From Anthoceros angustus (Eukaryota > Plantae > Anthocerotophyta): 64,000 nucleotides of DNA. Numbering within the stretch: position 1 is the stretch's first letter; each line of letters opens with the position of its first letter. This document shows, piece by piece, positions 12,855 to 23,472 of the stretch. Below the pieces are notes generated by a model, which saw nothing but the letters and a program-made list of their open reading frames with translations, was not told where the DNA came from and ran no database searches. A program made the position numbers and the translations under genes. The stretch is taken from contig MU008159.1 of assembly GCA_010909165.1 (NCBI GenBank), forward strand, positions 1,798,001 to 1,862,000, given 5' to 3'.

Positions 12855-13831
12855 TTCCGGATGACTGCTCGCAGCCTGCACTCCACAATTATGTAAGGCA
12901 AGCAAAGGATAGCAATACAACTCCTGGCGGCGGAAGCAGCAGCCTGAGCTGCAGAACCACGACTGCCTTATTGCATCAAGACCCTCAGCACGAGGAGAAA
13001 AACATTACAAGGATTCCTCACAACGTCCGGCAGCCACTCCTAAATCTGGAAGTTTCCTTTTCAGTCGTGTTTTCCAGCATATGACAAGCCAAGAGATGTA
13101 GGCAGTCATCCACTCCAGTAGCGAGAGAGCTGCCAGCGCTGGAAAATCACAAAAGCCATCTTGCTCGTTGCGGGTCTGCCACGTGCAGGCCGAGCTCTCA
13201 GTTGGCAACGAGCAACGGATCAAGAACATATAAGCGGCGCGATCTGCTCTTCGCGGCATGCGCAACAACGCGGAATTCGGGCACAGAGCAGCAGCCGAGA
13301 GCGCCGAAGACAGCGGAGCTTATCCTCCAAGGTTGAGACACAGGCAACCGGGTGAGCGTGTTCTCGGGCGAAGCAGCAGCAGCAAACGCGAGCGGTTCCC
13401 GATGCGAAAACAAAAGCTCAGTCTCCGCCTCCCAAAAATCGAACCCACAATCAATTCCAATTCCAGAAGCCGGGGTTGAGCTCGTCTGACCCTGGATTCC
13501 AGACAAGGCAAGACACAATTGGGCACTTTCGTTTTTTGTCAGAATTTTCCAATAAAGAGGGGAGCAATTTTTTGCCAAAGCACCGACTGAAAGATCAAAT
13601 CCGAGAAGCCAGGTTGCAAAGGCCAAGCAACAGGATTGCCTCCTCTCCCTCACACCGCACAACAAAAAGAAAAAAGAAGGGGGAAAAGGCTCAAAGGACG
13701 AAACAAAGCGCCAAGGAGAACAGCAAAGGGAGGAACGGAAGGATGGCGAGCAGCATGGTGGCAGGCAGGCAGGCCTCAGGTTGGGCGGGGGACGGAGGTG
13801 GGGAGGGTGCGCAGGGAAGGGGAGGGGAGGG

Positions 13832-13864
13832 GCGGAGCGGAGCGGAGCGGAGCGGAGCGGAGCG
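13832..13864 (+). repeat. (GCGGA)n microsatellite upstream of TPK
   Basis: About 6.5 pentamer copies seen directly. Confidence 0.9.
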
Positions 13865-14127
13865 ACGGCAGCTGTGCAGGGTAGAGTGGAGTGTGCTCAC
13901 CTGGGGCAGTTGCAGAGCTGCCTTTTATGCCGCATGACCTTGCTGCTGTTGCTCCATGCTGAGACCAAGTCATCTCTCCCTACTTGCTTCCTCAGTTCCT
14001 TCCTCCTCTCCGCCGGCTGGGCGAAGCCGCTCCGGGAGCAGCTTCCCTTCAAGTAAGCAAGCCGGGAAGGACTGTGGAGCTCAATTTATACCTGGCCTAC
14101 CGGGTTGGTGGCACCCACAATCGGCTT

Positions 14128-14166
14128 GCTCCTGCTCCTGCTCCTGCTCCTGCACCTGCACCTGCT
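14128..14166 (+). repeat. (CCTGCW)n hexamer repeat
   Basis: Seen directly. Confidence 0.85.
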
Positions 14167-16485
14167 AGTGGAGGGGCGGGGCGAGTGGCCCACCATGGGA
14201 TTTCTGGGCGGCACGGGAATGTGCGAGGGCTTGTTCACAAACACGAGCTATTGGATCACAACTGTGGCATATACTAGTTGTGACATATACTGTGGGGCAA
14301 TGAACACCGAGTTCCGAGTAGACTCGATTCTTTTGAATTCGTCAACTCCTCGGGCCCGGCGGGCGGGCAGCAGGAGAGGGACGTGACGTTTGCTTCCATC
14401 AGAATGCCATTTCTTTCCTATCTGCCAATGGCCCTTGTCTGCCAAGGGCTTGATAGTTGCGGAGAGCACGGAGCTTGATCGGAATGCGCGGCCATGGGAG
14501 CTCTGCCGGGCTGCGAACCCAGTTAAGCCTGGTGGCAGGTTCCAACATGCTGTGCAACCCTTTTCCTGGATCCAACTCCACAACGTCATGGGCGTCACGA
14601 GGAGCTCAGGGCAGGCCCACTTGCTGACAGGCAGGCTCGGCGTCATCGGCGGGGCCTGCCTAGATCTCGCTTCTCTTTTGTGGGTCCGTCGTTTCTGACT
14701 TGAGCTGCCACTTCTCCAACGGTGTCACACTCCCCTCATCTCTCGTTCTCGTGAGGGACAACAGTCACACCCTGGACCTGTCACCTGCAAAGCCGCACAG
14801 CCGCACAGCCGCACAGCGTAGACATCACGTTATGTGTCTAGGTTACTTGTACTGTGCCTAAACCCCTTTTAGGCATCCATGTATCTAACTAAGATTCGGA
14901 GCTTAATAATGATAATCTTACATAGCTTAACGCCCATAGTGAACTTAAATAAAATTCTTCTTCTTTTTTTCCGTACATATAGCATAACAGAATATAATAA
15001 TGATAACCTCACATAGGCATGTCCAATCATTCATAGGCAAATGGACCAACTGCCGCGAGCCTATGGCACCATGTTTCCATGTCTTCATAGGTTTGGAACA
15101 TAAATACCATATCCGAGATTCTGGATTTCTTATAAAGATAGAAAATATATTTTATAATACTATATAATTTATATATAATATTATATAATTTATATTCAAT
15201 CGTATGAAAATCCCAAGTGGACTTTGGAATCTATAGTACCTCTCATACTTCACTTTGCATAGCAATGAGCAATGAAAACAAAATAGGAGTAAGACATGAA
15301 TTTACCATATCACATTTGGATTGTCCCAAATCTTCTACATTCATCCTTATTCTTGTAGTGCACGATGTTATTTCCCATTTGGCGAGAACTGTAGCGAATA
15401 GTATATCCTCCTCTATCTGTTTACTTTCACACAAATCTAGAAATTCTAAGAAGAATAAAAGAAGCTAAATCACGATCTATACAGATATTATACAATATAA
15501 GATATACGTTTGTACACGTAGTATACATAATATTCCAAGTGTTTGTTTTATTGTTCTAGTAGTGTATACATAGTATATATAATGAGTACATCTATATCTA
15601 CCATAAAGATAATGTTTACAAACATGAAGATAAAGCTAACAGACATGAAGATAAAGCTAATATATGAATTGTATTATTGATTGGGAAAACCACAGTTGGA
15701 TATGTGAGGTTAACTTGTTATTATGAGGTTCTAGACAAACACCTCCTAACAATGATGAGTAAAAATTTGTTGGAATCATGAAGGATAAGCTAGACCCATT
15801 AAAGAAGTACAAAATAATTGATCGCGTATTTGGAACTTGAGGAAAATGATTAAGTCCAAGGCTCAATAAGCAACAATTAACATGAGAGCATCTTCTCCCT
15901 CAATAAATAAAGAGTCGCTTACATGAGAGAAAACTTTGCCATATCACAAATCTTCACAAATATTAATGCTGGCACTTAAGATTAATATATTAACCTTGAA
16001 ATTTGGAGTTCCATATAAGTTATCTTTCTTTTTAATTTAATATATTAAGGACTTTGTTTTTAATATTAAATAGCTATTATGATATGTATAGTGTTAAGTA
16101 CCTAAAAGGTGTTCTCTTCTCCATCACTTCTCCTCCTCCTTCTTTCTCATTGATGCCGCTGCAGATGTTGGGCGCCTAAACGTTTGTGTCCAACATTCCT
16201 TCTCTTCTCCTCCTTCTTCCTTCTTCCTTCTTATTGACGTTTCCACATATGTTGGGCACCTAGAAGGTGTTCTCTCTTCTTTCACTTCTGCTCCTCCTTC
16301 CTTCTCATTGATGTCCCCGTAGATGTTGGGCTCGCCTGACTCTTTCCTATGAGTTCAAAAGCACAAGGCCACCAACACATATTGGTATAGACTTATTTTC
16401 CTATTCCTATATTTTAATTCTCAAGACTCTATACCATGATCAACTATTACACTTCCACACTCAATTTCATACAACAATAATTGTC

Positions 16486-16947
16486 TCATACAATAGTTGT
16501 CTCAGTGTCCCATACAACACTATTTTTAACATTCATAATCACTATATCACCATCATCTCGTATGTAGCAAACAAATGGTTGGTCATTGGACCCTTCGTAC
16601 TCAGAAAGCCAAATGAGATCAGCCATTGGTCCATTGAATATGCTTAATTGACCATTACTCAAAAGATAAGCAACACATAGTGCCCCCCTCCCACCTGTAT
16701 TTGTGGACCATCTTGAAATAGAATTAACATGGTCAACAAGGGTTAAGTTACAGTTGAGACTCATTTGCAATTCCCATCGAAGATTTCTGCTCCATATTGA
16801 GGACCCAGTGTCTAAAATCCGACTGTCTTTATTGCTTATCATTTCATAGTCAAAGGCTGTAGCTAAATATATTGATATTGAAATGAATAATAATGAATAA
16901 AAGGTCGATAGATAATGTTTATAGAGTATACTCTTTTGGTTTTCCAT
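16486..16947 (-). CDS. Secreted bulb-type (GNA/B-lectin) domain protein, 153 aa
   Basis: Hydrophobic N-terminal signal. Three beta-prism repeats: LQMSLNCNLTLV..RWSTNTGG, LLSNGQLSIF..LIW, IRDDGDIVIM..VVWDT. Confidence 0.8.
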   Translation of the reverse strand: MENQKSILYKHYLSTFYSLLFISISIYLATAFDYEMISNKDSRILDTGSSIWSRNLRWELQMSLNCNLTLVDHVNSISRWSTNTGGRGALCVAYLLSNGQLSIFNGPMADLIWLSEYEGSNDQPFVCYIRDDGDIVIMNVKNSVVWDTETTIV

Positions 16948-17374
16948 ACATGTATGAACTTTTAGTATAAATATTATTGGTGAGTTAAGTGGACTAGATA
17001 AATTCTCTTAAACAAGATCAAAAGTGTGGACTTGAATTCAGAAATGTAGTTCTAGAAGAGATCTAAACTTAGGTGCTATTTTGCGCATTATATAATGAGA
17101 GATGGGATGCACCTATCTACAACAAGATCACTTTTTATGGATAAAAGAACAACCCTTTGTGATTTATAAGTCAGGAGGAATATTAAGGTGAGCACCTTAA
17201 ATTTAAAATATTTTATATGTTTGCGTGGATCTAGAAAACATTATTTTGATATCTATTTGTAATATAAATGTGTCATCCATATCCAACTACGCAATGCATA
17301 TATTCTATATAAGGATACAATGAATTTGGAACACTCTATTTTGGTTAAATTAGTTAAAAAGTTTTATTATTATC

Positions 17375-17735
17375 TTTAAAAAGAAGAAAACCCATCTAGC
17401 CTGAACCAAGAGAGGACAACCTACCAAGACCCAGGGGAGCTAGTCCCCACAAATGCCAACCCCGAAGTATCCTAACTTCGTGTTCCATATTCATTGTATC
17501 CCTAACCAAAGTATCCTAACTTCGTGTTCAAGATTCATTGTATCCCCAACCGAGAACAATGGAGCCTTCATTAAAGAGAAGAGAAGGGAAAACCCACCTT
17601 TAAGAAAGAGAGATTGGGAAAACCATTTTTTAAAAGAAAGATAGAAAACCCATCTACCGTGAACCGAGGGGGGACAACCTTCCAAGAGCCAGGGGGGCTA
17701 GTCCCATGAATGCTAACCCCGAAGTATCCCTAACC
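17375..17735 (+). repeat. Pair of ~100-bp diverged direct repeats (17375-17476 and 17628-17735)
   Basis: agaaaacccatcta..tgaacc..ggacaacct.ccaaga.ccagggg.gctagtccc..aatgc.aaccccgaagtatcc occurs twice. Confidence 0.75.
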
Positions 17736-17759
17736 TCAAAAGGTGACCTTCATATCTCT

Positions 17760-17944
17760 AGCAAAGATATCAGCTATCACGATGGTAAAAATATTAACTA
17801 CTATGATAATAAAAATATCAACTACCATAATAGTAAATATCACTAATATAATGGTAAAGATATCAGCTACCCCGATGGTAAAGCCATCAGTTATCGCGGT
17901 GGTAAAGCCATGGTTATGGCGGTGGTAAAGACACCAGCTACAAC
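17760..17944 (+). repeat. Degenerate 24-bp tandem repeat, about 8 units
   Basis: Unit like gtaaagatatcagctaccccgatg. Confidence 0.75.
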
Positions 17945-18194
17945 TATCCCTTATGGACACACAGAAGGAGAGCACACATGTAACATATAAAAACAGGAGC
18001 ATAAAAAAAACTTTTTATAGTAGCATAACAAGACAATAAATTGACAAAGAAACTTTGTCTGCGATGCATGTCAATAAAATGAGACAACAAACTAGATGAT
18101 CTCGAGTTAGTTCTAACTAGGTGATAGTTGTTAGCACTGGATACGCAAATCCCCTGCTTGCCTGGACAACAGGAAAATCAGCTAGCCTCTCCCT

Positions 18195-20426
18195 CTACTC
18201 ATCTACCTCTGCCACTATCTCCTTGATTAGCTCAGTTTTGTACTCATCAAAGCTTCCTGGATACTTACGGACAGTTCCATCCTCCACCAGCCAGATCTCA
18301 CTCTTCTCTTCATCTTCACAGACACGTGAAATCAGACGTGAATCATGACTGACTAAAACCACACCCCCCGTGAACTCGTCCAAAGCATCCGCTAATGCGT
18401 CAATACTCTGCATATCCAAGTGATTCGTTGGCTCATCCAGGAGCAAAATGTGAGGGCGAGCCATCGAGATGGATGTGAAAACAACCCTGGCCTTTTGACC
18501 ACCGGAGAGCTTCACAATGGGACTCACATGATTGTGGCTTGGGAGCCCAAACTTTCCAAGCTTTGACCTCACCGCCTCCTGCTTGCTGGGGCCTTCCTGG
18601 TCTGGGTACAACCTAAGCAAATACTGCACCGGCGTCTCATCCATGGTCAACAAATCCACAAAATGCTGGGAGTACCTTCCTATCCTCAGCTTTTGGCTCT
18701 GTCTTGACTGCCCCTCTGTCGGCTGCAAATCGCCAGCAAGCAGATTCAACAACGTAGACTTGCCTGCACCATTTGGTCCCACAATGGCGACACGAGTACC
18801 CATGTCCACCCCAACATCGATGCCATTCAAGCTGAAGTCATCCCTTCCAGGATAATTAAAACTAACGTCCATAAGTTGAAGCAAGGGAGGCGTCAACTCT
18901 GTAGGTTCAGGGAAATGAAACTGCACAGTATAATCACGCCATTTGCGAGGAGCCTCCACCGTGGATTCGTCATCCTCCACAGCTGCTCCAGACTTGGATT
19001 TTCCCTTAGCCCTGGCTTCCTTCCCCGCTGCCATTTTTGCTCTATCTTTCACCTTATCTTGCTGAGCTTTGCTCCCAGACCGCTTAGCAGCCTTGAGCTG
19101 CTTCTCAAACACCTCAGCCTTCTTGTTGTTCTCCCGCCTTTTCTGCTCAAACATGTCCTCGAATGCACCAAAATTACCTTTGTAGAAATGAAGCTTCTCG
19201 TCATGCAGGTGGATGATGTCCGTAGACACAGAGTTAAGAAAATCCCTGTCGTGTGAAACTACAATCAGTGTCTTCTTCCACCGCATTAAATACTCCTCAA
19301 GCCAAATGACGGCCCTCAAATCCAAGTGATTCGTAGGCTCATCCAGCAACAGCAGCGTGGGCTGCACAAAAAGGGCCCGGGCAAGGGATATCCTCATTCT
19401 CCATCCTCCGCTAAACGATCTGGTAGACCGCTTCTGCATTTCCTTGGTGAACCCCAACCCTGCCAGGATCTTACTTGCTCTGGCCTCGGCAGCATCCGAC
19501 CCCATGGCCTGCAACTTGTCGTACACGGCCGTAAGCTTGTCGGCCGTGCTAGGCTCATGGCCCTCATCATCCGCCTCCCCTTCACTCTTATCTTCCTCCT
19601 CCAACGACAGAGCCTGCAACTTGGCAGCCTCATCCCGCAACCTCACCAACTCCTCATCCGCAGACACCACGGCCTCCAAGGCTTTGCGCTCATCTCCAAC
19701 CACCTCTTGCTCCACCAGCAGCACATCTAAGTTCTTAGGCACGGGAATCTGCCGCCATGCCAGCAGCTTCAGCAACGTGGATTTCCCCTTGCCATTCGGG
19801 CCCACCAAGCCATACCTTCTGCCATGCACAATCGTGAGCCCCGTGTTCTTCAACAACTCCTTACCCCTGGCCGACACCGAGAAGCTGTCAATCTTGATGT
19901 CCTTGGCATTGGCATCAGCCGCTCCACCGTCATCCGCCTCCAAAGCGGCAGCTTTCGCCCCGATCACCACCGAGAACGCACTCCTGTCATCCTTCAGCGC
20001 CTCCTGCTTAGCGTGCTCCGCAGCCAGAGCCTGCACAACCTCCTTCTTCTCCCGCTTCTTCAGCTCCCTGTCGGAGACAACGAGATCCAACGCTCCATGG
20101 CCCCTGGCAGCCCTGCGCTGGGCCGCCAAGCCGCTCAGATCCTCAACCACCGGGGGTGGCACCACATCCTCCGCCTCATCATCCGAGGGCGGCAAGTCGA
20201 TGTCAGCAGTGTAGGCGTTGGCCTTGGCAGGAGGCGGCTTGGCCTTGGCTTTGGGAGCGGCCGCTCCTTTGCCCGCCGCCGGCTTGCTCTCCAAGCTGCT
20301 GAGGAAGGCGGAAACGTTCACGGATGCTCTCTTGGCCGACGCCGTGCTCTCCTTCGATCCTGAATTCTTGCTCAGCTGCTGCTTGGATCCTTTGGACTGC
20401 GCGCCCGAATCCTCCTTCCGCGGCAT
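18195..20426 (-). CDS. ABCF4: ABC transporter F family member 4 (soluble ABCF, GCN20-like), 743 aa, intronless CDS
   Basis: Two NBDs: GPNGKGKST/FSGGW/LLLDEPTNHLD and GPNGAGKST/LSGGQ/LLLDEPTNHLD. No TM domain. Plant ABCF4-type DIDLPPSDDE N-terminus. 5'UTR intron acceptor near 20510. Confidence 0.96.
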   Translation of the reverse strand: MPRKEDSGAQSKGSKQQLSKNSGSKESTASAKRASVNVSAFLSSLESKPAAGKGAAAPKAKAKPPPAKANAYTADIDLPPSDDEAEDVVPPPVVEDLSGLAAQRRAARGHGALDLVVSDRELKKREKKEVVQALAAEHAKQEALKDDRSAFSVVIGAKAAALEADDGGAADANAKDIKIDSFSVSARGKELLKNTGLTIVHGRRYGLVGPNGKGKSTLLKLLAWRQIPVPKNLDVLLVEQEVVGDERKALEAVVSADEELVRLRDEAAKLQALSLEEEDKSEGEADDEGHEPSTADKLTAVYDKLQAMGSDAAEARASKILAGLGFTKEMQKRSTRSFSGGWRMRISLARALFVQPTLLLLDEPTNHLDLRAVIWLEEYLMRWKKTLIVVSHDRDFLNSVSTDIIHLHDEKLHFYKGNFGAFEDMFEQKRRENNKKAEVFEKQLKAAKRSGSKAQQDKVKDRAKMAAGKEARAKGKSKSGAAVEDDESTVEAPRKWRDYTVQFHFPEPTELTPPLLQLMDVSFNYPGRDDFSLNGIDVGVDMGTRVAIVGPNGAGKSTLLNLLAGDLQPTEGQSRQSQKLRIGRYSQHFVDLLTMDETPVQYLLRLYPDQEGPSKQEAVRSKLGKFGLPSHNHVSPIVKLSGGQKARVVFTSISMARPHILLLDEPTNHLDMQSIDALADALDEFTGGVVLVSHDSRLISRVCEDEEKSEIWLVEDGTVRKYPGSFDEYKTELIKEIVAEVDE

Positions 20427-21122
20427 TGCACAGTTTCAATCCTCCAACCACAATTCGATCACGGCCACAAGTCTGTCTCTCCTGCTCCCAAGCTCGAAGG
20501 AGCTCTGACCTACATACACAGCACAACACTCGTTTAATCCGCAACTTCAATACTCTCTTACATATGTATACCGTATGATTGTATCTTAGTATAGCAGCCT
20601 GCAACTTCGAGATCTGTGTGGTTGATATGGACATATAAAAGCCCCATATATAGTAGCAATATGATAATAAGATAATATATTATAATATTAGGATACACGA
20701 AACCCATGTAAATTATAGTCAGCCCTAAGAAGGGTAGGGCGGACTCCCTCAAGTGAATTTTTCAATCAAGAGACAGAAGGACCTTACTTTTCATCTCCAT
20801 AATGGGGTAGAAGTTTCTTTAACACGTAATCTACTATATAAATAAAGAAGTTTTTATAATATTTTTATAAATATAAATAATTAAATAATTTGAGGAACCA
20901 ATAATAGTCTTTGTAAATGGTTAACCCTCAACCATGCAATGGTGCAATAGAGTTGTTTGCATGTTATTCAAGCTCATGCGCAAGTCACGCACCGAAAAAT
21001 CAGTGTTTTTGGCCAATCTTATGAATCGTGGCCCGCTACCTCTAGCCACCCAGAGCTCAAAGAAATGCACATTATGTGCATGGTAGAATGCCCTGAAACG
21101 CCATAGCCGCTTCTTTGCAGAG

Positions 21123-21282
21123 CGCCAAAATGGGAACCATGAGATAGGGGCAATGTTATGTGCCTCTACAATGACCGCCAAAATGGGAACCATGAGATAG
21201 GGGCAATGTTATGTGCCTCTACAATGACCGCCAAAATGGGAACCATGAGATAGGGGCAGTGTCATGTGCCTCTGCAATGACC
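21123..21282 (+). repeat. 53-bp tandem repeat, 3 copies
   Basis: cgccaaaatgggaaccatgagataggggcaatgttatgtgcctctacaatgac starts at 21123, 21176 and 21229. Confidence 0.95.
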
Positions 21283-21499
21283 ACATGCTACATTGCATGC
21301 TGTCAACTCATCCTAGTCAAGACCCAAATCCTGAAAATCTATATCGGTAAAAAAAACCGGGCCCGCCCTCGAAACAGCCAATGGAGAGTGTCGTGGTGGC
21401 GGTGGCACGTAGACATGTACCACATGACAATGGGTCATTGAGTGCCTTTGTGTAGACACATCTCCCTTTGCCGGACTCCACCGTTTGGGTGACAATAAT

Positions 21500-21777
21500 G
21501 CAAATTTTGTTGGGCTCTTATGCTATGTTTCGTGTTTTGGGCACTTGCCTTTACCCAAGCCAAATTTTATTGGGCTCTTGTCCGATGTTTAGTGTTTTGG
21601 GCACTTGCCTTTACCCTAGCCAAATTTTGTTGGACACTTGTCTTTACCCTAGCCAAATTTTGTTGGGCACTTGCCTTTATCCTAGCCAAATTTGTTGGGC
21701 ACTTGCCTTTACCCTAGCCAAATTTTGTTGGGCTCTTGTTCGATGTTTCGTGTTTTGGGCACTTGCCTTTACCCTAG
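21500..21777 (+). repeat. Compound ~33-bp tandem repeat
   Basis: Units gccaaattttgttgggcacttgcctttacccta mixed with tcttg..cgatgttt.gtgtttt variants. Confidence 0.9.
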
Positions 21778-22454
21778 TGTGGACAAGGGAAGAACGGTAG
21801 ACTCCCCCCCTTAGGAAGGTAATAGGAGTTTTTTTTGTTTTTTTAGTGTTTGGTGTGTGAAGAATAAGGTGGGGACAGGGAAAATAAGGCCGAACGGACC
21901 AGAGAGGAACGGATGGAGGGGTCCCTGCCGGACAACGTCAGGTACTCCGGACTGGGCGCCGGAGTAATTCGGGAGCCTACTAAGGTAAGTCCGACGGGCG
22001 GAATAACCAGGGGGCGAGCGTGAAGCGTAATTGGCAAGCGGGACACGGGGATGGTACTGAGTGGAGGACGGACATGTAACGGACTGGGACCGCAGAGTGT
22101 CAGCGGCCGCTATTGGCAGGTAACCACGACCCAAGGGCAGCGCCAAGAAGGCGGCGGGCGTGAAGTCGCGATTGATGCTGGCCGCGCATCGCGAGGCGAA
22201 CGCCTTCCAGCGGCGATTACGCTCCACACCCAGCACCGCGGAGAAGACTATCTTCCCAAACTACGCAGCGGCAGTTCTCTCAGTCTCTCGCGCTCCGGCA
22301 TCCCGCTCTCTGGCGCCTTCTCTTCCGAGACATGAGCGTAACTTCGGGCGGTCTGCAGTTCTGTCCGACGCGTCGACCTCGCCGGAGCTCAGGAGCGCCG
22401 CGACGAACAACACAGCTCACCCCTCCTCAACGACAGAAGCAGCGGCGTGCTTCC

Positions 22455-22758
22455 ATGGGGCCAAAGAAGGCGATGGAGTCCTAGGAACCGTGGTGGAACG
22501 CAACATTGTCACCAAGCTGTATCCGGACTTTGGTCCATGGCTGGAGGAGGCGGCGGAACTGGTGCAGGAGTGGCACCTCGACGTTTTCCAGGCCGTCTGG
22601 ACTTACGATAGCGTGGCCTTGGTCCGGGAGTATGCTCGGAAGATGCTGGCGGCGGCGAGCAAAACAGTCCGCTCGAAGAGCCTGAAGGAGGACCCGAGGC
22701 GATGGACAGTGGAGGTTCTCCGGGCGGTCTACAACCGCCCGGCAGAGGAGGTAGAAGG
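22455..22758 (+). pseudogene. 5' part of a TE accessory ORF, interrupted by the Sola2 element
   Basis: ...TVRSKSLKEDPRRWTVEVLRAVYNRPAEEVE continues in frame at 38138 as GVVPEPLKLRGKVEAARAALLRPGSQRSSNG once the element and one TSD are removed. Confidence 0.75.
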
Positions 22759-23472
22759 GGGTGCAAGCACGGTTAGGTAGACCACATTATGTGGGGACGG
22801 ACGCAACGTGGAAATATGTCCACATGTGGACATATTTACCTTCAAAAACTCTCCTCGCTAGAATAATGATCAAGTGATTCAAGTTTTTTCCCAAAACTAA
22901 GAGCATGGCAACAAGTCCACAGTAAAATGCCCAGATTTTAAGGATATGATTTTTGCATTTGGTATTTAATTATTTGATCATGGATGGACAAGTGAGCTTT
23001 GGATACAAAAAGTGAGCACAAGACACACAACCCAAGCTCATTTGAATTTCAAACACAAACCGTCAAGTGAACACAGAACACTAAAAGTGAGTCTTTGTCA
23101 CACTGAAGTTGGAACTTGTTCAAATTTCAAAGTTTGGAATAAGCGGGAATTTCAAAGTTGTACCCTGGCGCGAATTTCAAGAGCAGTCGTCAAGTGAACA
23201 TGGAACACTGAAAGTGAAGCATGGTCACAAACAAGTGTAAACTTGTTTGTATTTCAAAGTTTTGTCTAAGCGGATTTTCAAAAGATGGTAAGTACCCATG
23301 TTGGTGCGACTTGTCACCAATGAGAGCATAACCCGCCATCTTCACGCTGCGAGACCTTTCACCACTGCTTTGCGCTTGAGGCGCTCGGTGCGTGTGTGAA
23401 CCATGTGCCCGATCGTGAGCTGCGAGGGAGGAGAGGCGGGAAGGGAGCCCGTCCGGGCGAGCAAGGAATTGA

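Noticed and set aside
19357-20214. 285-aa + strand ORF
   Set aside because: Antisense shadow of the ABCF4 CDS.
21778-22150. Left LTR pairing with 43496-43632 plus 54574-54803
   Set aside because: No sequence similarity between the two, no PBS and no matching TSD.
22812-22861. Helitron 3' end (hairpin plus CTAG)
   Set aside because: The CTAG is about 20 nt away and followed by A, not T. The palindrome is better explained as Sola2 subterminal sequence.
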